Positions 11,083-18,663 of a DNA stretch of 64,000 nt are shown here, in pieces. Location: assembly GCA_947311255.1 (NCBI GenBank), contig CAMZKL010000022.1, positions 10,801-74,800 on the forward strand. The letters are read 5' to 3'. Below the pieces are notes generated by a model, which was not told where the DNA came from, did no database searches, and worked only from the letters and a program-made list of their open reading frames with translations. The stretch is from an uncultured Chlorobiota bacterium (lineage in GTDB: Bacteria; Bacteroidota; Bacteroidia; Bacteroidales; JAADGE01). A program made the position numbers and the translations under genes. Position 1 is the stretch's first letter. Every line of letters starts with the position of its first letter.

Positions 11083-11247
11083 TTTTTTTTATTAAATTGT
11101 TTATTAATGATACAATTATATAATTATTCAATGATAAAATATCCAAAACAAACTTAAGTACTTATAGATAAAACTATTGAATAAAATATTACTATTTGCT
11201 TTCCAAATATTACATATTTATATCATTAAAAATTGTATAATTTATAG

Positions 11248-12363
11248 TTATTTCACTATAAGAACCTCCATACCATTATTTACTAAATTATAACCATCTG
11301 TAATTATTTTTTCTCCTTCAATAATTCCACTTTCTATAACAGTTTTATTTTCAATGTGTACTCCTGTTTTTATGTATCTTTTCTCTGAAATTATTTTTCC
11401 GTTTTCATCTTTTGCTATAAAAATATACTTTCCTTTTCTGTCATTTTTAATTATGATTGATGGAACTGTAAAATTTTCACCTTCATAGTCAGAAAGAATA
11501 ATTTTAGCTATCATATTTGGCTTAATTTTTTTGTCTTTATTTTCAATTTTCACAAATACTTTAAAAGTTCTGTTTGCCGGATTTATAATATTTCCTGTTC
11601 GGTAAACTTTTGCTGTTTTTTTCCAATTTGGATATGTTGGAAATTCAACAGTAATTTCATCACCTTTTTTTATGAATGGTAAATATTTCTCTGAAATTTC
11701 TGCACCTGCTTCCATAGTATTGAGGTTTACAAGGTCAATTAATCTTCGCCCAGGTGATGCCATTTCTCCTTTTTTAGAATAAATTGCATCAATCGAACCT
11801 GAGAACGGTGAAGTTATTCTACTCATTCTTAATTGTGCGTTTACAGTTTTTAGCTTTGCTTCTAAACTTTCTTTTTGGTTTTTTGCTTGCAAATAGTCAA
11901 TTTCTTTTCCTATTTTTTGATCCCAAAGTTTTTTTTGTTTTTCATACATTATTTTGGCTAAGTTAAGTCCTGTTTTTATTTCCAAAATACTACTTTCAAT
12001 TAGCTCAGAGTTAAGTTTCACAAGCAATTGTCCTTTTTTAACAAACTGTCCTTCTTTAACATAAACTTTTTTTATTTGCCCGTTCATTTCTGGTGAAATA
12101 TATGCCATTTTTTCCGAGCGAACTGTTCCTGTTGAAGTAAACGAATGTTTTACTTTTTCTTTTTTTGCTTCTTGAATTTTAACTTTTAAAGTTTTGTTTT
12201 TTGAAACTACAACATCTTTATCTAATTTATTTTCAAGTTGTTTTATCTGTTCTTTCAACTCAAATATCTGATTTTTAATATCTTCATTTGATTTTTCAGA
12301 ACTACATGCTCCTAAAATTATTGTTAGTATTAATATTATGCTTATTTTTTTCATTTTGAACAT
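11248..12363 (-). CDS. RND efflux periplasmic adaptor (membrane fusion protein)
   Basis: 371 aa with lipoprotein-like N-terminus (ILGACSSEK), a coiled-coil hairpin and barrel-sandwich/beta-barrel segments. An alternative start lies at MKKIS, 3 codons in. Confidence 0.9.
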   Translation of the reverse strand: MFKMKKISIILILTIILGACSSEKSNEDIKNQIFELKEQIKQLENKLDKDVVVSKNKTLKVKIQEAKKEKVKHSFTSTGTVRSEKMAYISPEMNGQIKKVYVKEGQFVKKGQLLVKLNSELIESSILEIKTGLNLAKIMYEKQKKLWDQKIGKEIDYLQAKNQKESLEAKLKTVNAQLRMSRITSPFSGSIDAIYSKKGEMASPGRRLIDLVNLNTMEAGAEISEKYLPFIKKGDEITVEFPTYPNWKKTAKVYRTGNIINPANRTFKVFVKIENKDKKIKPNMIAKIILSDYEGENFTVPSIIIKNDRKGKYIFIAKDENGKIISEKRYIKTGVHIENKTVIESGIIEGEKIITDGYNLVNNGMEVLIVK

Positions 12364-12427
12364 TATTAAATTGTTAAATGTTATATTGTTTTTTAGTTCA
12401 ATATTTAAAATTCGGTATTTTTTTTAT

Positions 12428-13831
12428 TTAAAGCTTATTAGACAAGCGTTTCAAACTAATATATTTATCAATTAAATTGCTTAGTGATTTGTAATATTCC
12501 GTTAAAGATCTATAATATTGCATCTGTTTTTGCGATAAAACAAAACTTTGCTCCGTTCCAATTTTAAATTTCTTATATGAATTATTATAAATCTTTTTTG
12601 CAAGATGCCTTTGTTCTGATGTATTCTTAACAGTATTAATGTTATTTATAAAATCAGTTTTTGTTTGGTCAATTTCTAATTGTAGAGCTTGCTCAGTTTG
12701 AAGTCTTAAATTTGTCTTTTTTTCAAGTTCAAATTGTGCTTGTTTTATTTTTGCATAGCGTTGCCCACTACTAAAAATTGGTATTGTAAGTTTTATTCCC
12801 CACACTGAGGTTGGGTACCAATCTGCATCATCAGAAAAGAAATCCAAACTATCTCGCATCGATTGTTTTTTGTATGAATAAAATCCAACTACGGAAGGTA
12901 GTGTTTTAGTTTTTTCTCGTTTTAAACTTAAACTCGCCAAACTTTCTTGTACCTGAACTAACTCATAATCAATATTTTGATTGTAGGATATTTCCTCTGC
13001 AAAAATATTCTCACGCTCCATTTCCTCTATAATATCGTCAATACTTCCTGTTATTTTTATTTCTTTTTCATTATCAATGCCTACCTGAAATTTCAACAAC
13101 TTATATAAAATATCTTTTGTTTTCTGTAAAGAAATTAATGAATTTTCTGTTTGTTTTTTATTAAGTTTTACTTGCTCAACATCTGTTGCTTCCATAAAAC
13201 CAGCATCAAGTAATTTTTCATTTTCTAATAGCAATTTTGAAAGTCCGGTGTTCATACTATCCAGAGCTGAAATGCTTTCTTGTGCAATTAAAATTAAATA
13301 ATATGTTTTTTCGAGGTTTTCTTTTACGCTTACTATTGTTTTTTCTTTTGCTTTTTTTGACAATTCAAGGAATATTTTAGATGCTTTTAGGGCAATAATA
13401 TACTCGCCACTAAAAATTATTTGCGAAACTGAAACATTCCAATCTGCATTATGTTTGCTTCCAAATTGAACAGGCATTTTTTTTCCTTCTTCGTATGGTG
13501 CAAGAGGTGTTAATCCGAAAGCATTTGTATTTACGCCATAGATTGCAGGAGAAATAAAGTCTGGCATTAATTGAGTAGGAATATCTGGAAAATTTTGATA
13601 TTGCACAGCTCCATTTACTTGTGGTAAGCCAATTGCTGTGGTTTCCCATTTTAAGGCTTTTGACCTTTTTATTTCAAGTTCAGAGTTTTTAATTTGATAA
13701 TTATGCTTAACTGCATAATCTTTTAATTCTTGTAATGAATAGTTTTTAACACTATCGGAAGAATTATCTTGTGCTTTTACAAAATTTATTGCAAAAACAA
13801 TTATCAAAAATGCTAATATTTTTGTTTTCAT
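12428..13831 (-). CDS. TolC-family outer membrane efflux protein
   Basis: 467 aa with a signal peptide and two repeated coiled-coil/beta halves. It is operonic with the MFP and RND genes. Confidence 0.88.
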   Translation of the reverse strand: MKTKILAFLIIVFAINFVKAQDNSSDSVKNYSLQELKDYAVKHNYQIKNSELEIKRSKALKWETTAIGLPQVNGAVQYQNFPDIPTQLMPDFISPAIYGVNTNAFGLTPLAPYEEGKKMPVQFGSKHNADWNVSVSQIIFSGEYIIALKASKIFLELSKKAKEKTIVSVKENLEKTYYLILIAQESISALDSMNTGLSKLLLENEKLLDAGFMEATDVEQVKLNKKQTENSLISLQKTKDILYKLLKFQVGIDNEKEIKITGSIDDIIEEMERENIFAEEISYNQNIDYELVQVQESLASLSLKREKTKTLPSVVGFYSYKKQSMRDSLDFFSDDADWYPTSVWGIKLTIPIFSSGQRYAKIKQAQFELEKKTNLRLQTEQALQLEIDQTKTDFINNINTVKNTSEQRHLAKKIYNNSYKKFKIGTEQSFVLSQKQMQYYRSLTEYYKSLSNLIDKYISLKRLSNKL

Positions 13832-13833
13832 AT

Positions 13834-14439
13834 TTAATTTAATTCTTTTATTTTTTTATTAAGTATTTTTAGTCCGTTGGAGTTGCAAATTGCTCTTAAA
13901 TGATATTTAAACATTTCTTTTGTAGCTTTTGGCTTAAGAAATTCTTTATATGAAACAACAGAGTTTTCAATTTTTTGAGTTTCCAAAATAACCATTCTTT
14001 TTGCTATTAAGTCAATATCAATATCATCGTAAAACAAACCTTCATTAATTCCTTTTGTCAGGTTTTTAATTTTTACTTGATATATAAATTTCGACTTTTT
14101 CTCAATAAGTTCCCTGTGTATTACAGGATAATATTTATACATGTCATACTCCAAAGCAGGTATATAAGTTTTAATCATTGCAATTATATTTTTCCGAATT
14201 TCAAGAATTTCTTCAACTGCATTAAGTTTTTTTTCAGAAATTGAAGCAAAACGTTTTGTTTGAATTTCAAATTCATTTCGGAACGCTTGTGTTATTAAAT
14301 CAACTTTATCATTTACATATTTATAAAGTGTTTTTTTTGAAATCATGCATTCACGTGCAACATCATCCATTGTTACACTTTTAAGCCCATACTTTTTATA
14401 CAATTCCGTTGCTTTTTGTATAATTTCATTTTTTTCCAT
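13834..14439 (-). CDS. TetR/AcrR family transcriptional regulator
   Basis: The N-terminal HTH (VTMDDVARECMISKKTLYKYV) is typical of TetR. It is the first gene of the efflux operon, 2 nt from the tolC-like gene. Confidence 0.9.
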   Translation of the reverse strand: MEKNEIIQKATELYKKYGLKSVTMDDVARECMISKKTLYKYVNDKVDLITQAFRNEFEIQTKRFASISEKKLNAVEEILEIRKNIIAMIKTYIPALEYDMYKYYPVIHRELIEKKSKFIYQVKIKNLTKGINEGLFYDDIDIDLIAKRMVILETQKIENSVVSYKEFLKPKATKEMFKYHLRAICNSNGLKILNKKIKELN

Positions 14440-14465
14440 TTTGCAAATATAAAATTTTTATACAA

Positions 14466-14493
14466 GGAAACAAAAAAAGGGTAAAATGTTTCC
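14466..14493. promoter_or_regulatory. Inverted repeat upstream of the tetR efflux operon (candidate operator)
   Basis: GGAAACA (14466-72) and TGTTTCC (14487-93) are separated by 14 nt and lie 27-54 nt upstream of the tetR ATG. Confidence 0.35.
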
Positions 14494-14580
14494 GTTTTTT
14501 GTATTATTCAGTTTAAAAAAAAACTTTTGTGCATCACTTCTGTCAATTTTTACGTATTGGTTAAAACAAAACTAAATCAC

Positions 14581-14853
14581 GTGAAAAAAAACTTATTTAA
14601 AATATCATTATTTATTTTTGCAATAATATATGCTTATTTTCTAATAACAATTCAATCTTGCGATAAAAAAACACCTAAATTTGAATCAACGAAAAAATGT
14701 GAAACTTGTGCAACTGCCTATAAACCTGACACTTATCTTTCGCCAGAAAAACACATTCTATTAGGAGTTTCATTGGATGATAAAAAGATTAAATCTGAAC
14801 CTTTTAAAAAAGGATTTTATATAACTCAAAAATTTAATTATAAATTTAACTAA
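14581..14853 (+). CDS. Small hypothetical lipoprotein
   Basis: The ORF is open from 14527. A GTG at 14581 gives VKKNLFKISLFIFAIIYAYFLITIQSCDKK, a signal peptide with lipobox-like Cys. No recognisable family. Confidence 0.45.
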   Translation: MKKNLFKISLFIFAIIYAYFLITIQSCDKKTPKFESTKKCETCATAYKPDTYLSPEKHILLGVSLDDKKIKSEPFKKGFYITQKFNYKFN

Positions 14854-15263
14854 TGAATAAAATTATAATTATCGCTCTTGCAATTTTAAGTATTTCTAGT
14901 TTTTGTTGCAAAAAACAGAAAGACATAATTAATGAACTTAATTTAAAAGGAACATGGATTGAATCCTCACAACTTTCAGATACACTGGTATTTAAAAAAA
15001 ACAAATCAAAAGGCTGGTTTCAACTAAATAGAGCAAGAGAAATAAATGGAGACTATCTTTTACCATTGCCAAATTCTGGTTTGTATGATTACTCAATAAA
15101 TGACGATAGTATATCTTTAATTTTGAGCCTATCAAATTATAGACATCCAAATAAGTATTATTTTAATTTTTATAAAGACAGAGGAGAATTAAACATTGGA
15201 AATTTCTTTGAAGATAGTCTTTCAACAGATAAAATATTAATATTTAAAAAGATTTTAAATTAA
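14853..15263 (+). CDS. Small hypothetical lipoprotein
   Basis: 136 aa with [21 protein letters not shown] (signal peptide plus Cys). Its ATG overlaps the preceding TAA by 1 nt (TAATG), suggesting translational coupling. Confidence 0.55.
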   Translation: MNKIIIIALAILSISSFCCKKQKDIINELNLKGTWIESSQLSDTLVFKKNKSKGWFQLNRAREINGDYLLPLPNSGLYDYSINDDSISLILSLSNYRHPNKYYFNFYKDRGELNIGNFFEDSLSTDKILIFKKILN

Positions 15264-15546
15264 AAAAAATTATAATGATGAAATAAAAATCCCGTATTAT
15301 TCAAGCAATTAAATATTGTAAAATGCAAGTTGCCTAAACCGAATACATTTCCTTACATTAAGGATTAAAACTAAACTTTGCATAACAAAAAGTAATTGCA
15401 AACCACGTCTTATTTTTGATAAGTAATTATTATTAATAACTTCACAAAAATAATTAATGAGTGTTTTTTAATTAATGTGGTGAATAATGCGGTTTTTATA
15501 CTTGCATTAATGTAATTTTTTTAATATAATAATTCGCAAAAAGCAA

Positions 15547-16113
15547 TTGCAAATTGAAAAAAAAGAAATAGAGTCTAAAATACTAAAAGCTTGTGAAAGA
15601 GGAAGTTTAAAGCATCAAGAAGTGCTTTACAGAAAATTCTATGCCTATGGAATGAGTATAACTTTAAGATACACAAAGAGCAAAGAAGAGGCAATTGAAG
15701 TTTTAAACGACAGTTTTTTAAAAGTATTTGAAAACATAAAAAAGTTTGACAAAAAAAAGTCTTTTAAATCTTGGTTTAGGCAAATTACCGTTAATACTTC
15801 TATCGATTATTTTCGTAAGAATAAGAAAATAATTCAGACTGATAATATTGAAGAGTGCAAAACAGAGATTTTTGAAATTGAAACTATCAGTAATCTTGAG
15901 ATTGATGATATATTGAAACTTTTAAACTCAATACCAAAACAATATTCAATAATATTTAATTTATATGAAATTGAAGGTTATAATCACAATGAAATAGCTG
16001 AAAAATTAAATATTTCAGACAGTACATCAAGAGCAAATTTATCTAGAGCAAAAAAAATGCTAAGAGAATTATATAAAAAAAATTATTATACCAATTATGC
16101 AGGAGCAGTTTGA
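15547..16113 (+). CDS. ECF-type RNA polymerase sigma-70 family factor
   Basis: 188 aa from a TTG start. It has a region 2-like segment and a region 4 HTH (YNHNEIAEKLNISDSTSRANLSRAKKMLRE). Confidence 0.85.
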   Translation: MQIEKKEIESKILKACERGSLKHQEVLYRKFYAYGMSITLRYTKSKEEAIEVLNDSFLKVFENIKKFDKKKSFKSWFRQITVNTSIDYFRKNKKIIQTDNIEECKTEIFEIETISNLEIDDILKLLNSIPKQYSIIFNLYEIEGYNHNEIAEKLNISDSTSRANLSRAKKMLRELYKKNYYTNYAGAV

Positions 16114-17419
16114 CAAACAATTCGCCAATAAAATTCGTAGCACATTTGAGAACTATGATGAACCGTTCAACAATGATGCATGGGAATTAATGAAACAAAA
16201 ATTAGCCGATAAAAAAAAGAAAACTTTATTTTTATTTTCTAATTTTTCAAAAGTTGCATCAATATTACTTATTCTTGGATTAGGAATTTTTACAGTTTAC
16301 GAAACAAATAAGTATTTTTTTGAAAAAAAACAAATCGTTTTTAATAAAAAAGAAAAGGAAAATATTGATTTAGCTGAAAACAAAACCAAAGAATTATTAA
16401 TCCCAACTGAAAACAATGAAAAACAAATTATAAATACTAAACTAAAAATCACAACTGTTAAAAACACAGGTTCGAACAAAAAAACCAACTTTAATAAAAC
16501 TTATAAGGATAATTCTAATAAAAGAAATAGCAACATTGTTCTACTAAACAAAAAAAAATCAAATCAGAATCAAAAAAATGAAGTTAATGACATTTTAAAT
16601 AAAAATAACAAAAGCAATAGTGATACTCTCATAAATAAAGAATTACAAAAAGAAAATAAAAAAATATATGCCAGTAATGATAAAACTTTAAAGTCTGACA
16701 GTTTAAACAAACAAATAAAAGATAAAATTACAGACAAAAAGCCAATTTTAATGCCTGATGATGATGATTTCTTTATAACTAAAAAATCTGCTAAGAAATT
16801 CAATTATAGTGTTGCGTTTTCTTCACATTACAGTTCTTCAGACATGGGAACAGCTGACAAAATAAATGTTGGAGGAGGCTTTCAAACAGCATATATTATT
16901 TCGGACAATTTCAGTATTAACTCAGGTTTATTAATTGCAAATCATAATATGAACTCGAAAGAAAGCATACAAAAAGACAAAGAAGTTTACAAGTCTTCAA
17001 ATAAAACATTAATAAAAACATCTGAAACTAACATAAAATTTACAGGGGTAGATATTCCATTAAACATTCAATATAATTTGAATAATTTATATGTATCAAC
17101 AGGTATTTCTTCGATATTTTATTTGAAAGAATCCTACTCAATTAATTATTATTCTGAAAATACAACCGAAATATTTAATTACGAAACAAAATCTTACAAC
17201 AAAGTATATTATTACGACACTGAAAACGAAACGATTAATAAAAAAGCATTTAACACATTTGATTTTGCAAAACTTTTTAATATTTCATTAGGATATAAAA
17301 TCCCTCTTAAAAAAGGAAGTTTAATTGTTGAGCCATATGCAAAACTACCTATTGGAAAACTTACTTCATATAATATTTTATACGGATATGGGGGTTTGGG
17401 TTTGAAATATGGATTTTAA
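16097..17419 (+). CDS. Putative anti-sigma factor fused to a C-terminal outer-membrane beta-barrel-like domain
   Basis: It overlaps the sigma gene by 17 nt. It has a short cytoplasmic N-terminus, one TM helix (VASILLILGLGIFTVY), a roughly 150-aa K/N-rich low-complexity linker and a C-terminal alternating-strand domain ending GLGLKYGF. Confidence 0.65.
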   Translation: MQEQFDKQFANKIRSTFENYDEPFNNDAWELMKQKLADKKKKTLFLFSNFSKVASILLILGLGIFTVYETNKYFFEKKQIVFNKKEKENIDLAENKTKELLIPTENNEKQIINTKLKITTVKNTGSNKKTNFNKTYKDNSNKRNSNIVLLNKKKSNQNQKNEVNDILNKNNKSNSDTLINKELQKENKKIYASNDKTLKSDSLNKQIKDKITDKKPILMPDDDDFFITKKSAKKFNYSVAFSSHYSSSDMGTADKINVGGGFQTAYIISDNFSINSGLLIANHNMNSKESIQKDKEVYKSSNKTLIKTSETNIKFTGVDIPLNIQYNLNNLYVSTGISSIFYLKESYSINYYSENTTEIFNYETKSYNKVYYYDTENETINKKAFNTFDFAKLFNISLGYKIPLKKGSLIVEPYAKLPIGKLTSYNILYGYGGLGLKYGF

Positions 17420-17528
17420 TGCTAAACAACATTTCAAAAATACAGTTTAAAAGTATGAGTTTGCCCTGCGAAAGTTACTATTTAGCACTTTCTTTAGCAC
17501 AAACTATATCCATTACTTCCTATTTCTT

Positions 17529-18266
17529 TTAAATTTTAAATCCTATTCCTAATCTAATAGCAAGACTAACAGGTGTGTTATAAAAATCACTATTTTTTTT
17601 ACTCCTTTCTTCTAATGATAATTCTGGGTCTTCATTCCTTAAATATGTATAATGGGTAGTTGCAAGTGCTATTGGAATATTTAAATCAAAATACCATCTT
17701 TCACTTATAGAATACTCAATTCTTGGTATTACCGATAAATAAAGACCAACGATTGTTTTAGTCTTCTTAAATTCTGTATTTAATAAAGTGTCTATTTTGT
17801 CCCAAATAATAAAAGGAGTTCCTGAAAATCCAATTACTGGTTTAATTTTTTCCCAATCCTTATTTTTAAATAATCTTAATTTATATTCATAACGAAGATA
17901 TAATTCAAATTGTTTTTGAGTATTTTCTGAAATAACATTCAATAAAGAACCAGTAGAATCAAGTAAAGTATATTCTTTATTAAATTTGTTAGAATAATCT
18001 AATCGGGATATTTCAATTTCAGAAGAATTTCCTTTTTTAGTATAAAATACTAATGATGGAGAAAAATTAAAACCATTAATCTCTTTCACATATTCATTTC
18101 TGCTTATACCACTAATAGTATCAATTTCGCAATCTAAATATTTGGATAAAAAATCAAAATTTGAATATAATTTAAAATCTTTAGATCTTTTTTTCTTTAA
18201 ATCGTTTTGTCCAAATAAATTAACTGATACTAACAAGAGTACAAATATAAAATTTACACTTTTCAT
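17529..18266 (-). CDS. Hypothetical secreted / outer-membrane beta-barrel-like protein
   Basis: 245 aa with signal peptide MKSVNFIFVLLLVSVNLFGQ and a C-terminus (LGIGFKI) resembling a barrel closing strand. No family recognised. Confidence 0.5.
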   Translation of the reverse strand: MKSVNFIFVLLLVSVNLFGQNDLKKKRSKDFKLYSNFDFLSKYLDCEIDTISGISRNEYVKEINGFNFSPSLVFYTKKGNSSEIEISRLDYSNKFNKEYTLLDSTGSLLNVISENTQKQFELYLRYEYKLRLFKNKDWEKIKPVIGFSGTPFIIWDKIDTLLNTEFKKTKTIVGLYLSVIPRIEYSISERWYFDLNIPIALATTHYTYLRNEDPELSLEERSKKNSDFYNTPVSLAIRLGIGFKI

Positions 18267-18506
18267 TTTTATTATTTTTATGTTTGTAATTACGAAACGT
18301 CTATACTAAATTAATATTATACCTTTATGTCTTATATTCCATCTAAGTATTTAACATCAAAAAGATTTTCTTTGAAATAAAGTTGTTTGAACAAACACAT
18401 ACAAATAATTTAGTATTAAAACAATGAGCAAATTCCTAAAATCAGTCCTAAAAATAAAATAATTCAAATTATCTTTCAAAATATTTTACCTTTATCAAAT
18501 TATTTC

Positions 18507-18514
18507 TAATTTTG
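18507..18514 (+). promoter_or_regulatory. Bacteroidota -7 promoter box (TAATTTTG) for tRNA-His
   Basis: Exact match to TAnnTTTG, ending 4 nt before tRNA position 1 (18519). Confidence 0.55.
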
Positions 18515-18518
18515 CATC

Positions 18519-18592
18519 GCCGCCGTAGCTTAGTTGGTTAAAGCGCCTGATTGTGGTTCAGGAGATCAAGGGTTCAAATCTCTTCGGTGGTA
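18519..18592 (+). tRNA. tRNA-His (anticodon GTG); no encoded G-1, G1-U72 wobble, A73 discriminator, no encoded CCA
   Basis: Hand-folded cloverleaf. Acceptor GCCGCCG/CGGTGGT, T8 A9, D stem GCTT/AAGC. Anticodon stem CCTGA/TCAGG with loop TTGTGGT. T stem AAGGG/CTCTT with loop TTCAAAT. Confidence 0.85.
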
Positions 18593-18600
18593 CATAAACA

Positions 18601-18630
18601 AAGGCACTGCAAAATTGTAGTGCCTTTTTT
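18601..18630 (+). terminator. Rho-independent terminator-like hairpin after tRNA-His
   Basis: AAGGCACT (18601-18608) pairs with AGTGCCTT (18619-18626), and the 3' arm runs into a T-run ending at 18630. Confidence 0.6.
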
Positions 18631-18663
18631 GGCACTAAAAATCATTAAAAAATATTTTTAAAA

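Noticed and set aside
7675-11095. Six plus-strand ORFs of 74-126 aa (8072-8341, 8612-8836, 8885-9244, 9836-10216, 10502-10753, 10766-11095) lying inside the RND pump gene.
   Set aside because: They are antisense shadow ORFs of a long, well-supported gene. Their translations are low-complexity (I/F/S/T-rich) with no motifs. Similar shadows occur inside bamA, hisS, etfA, wzc, citF, clpX and others, and I rejected them all for the same reason.
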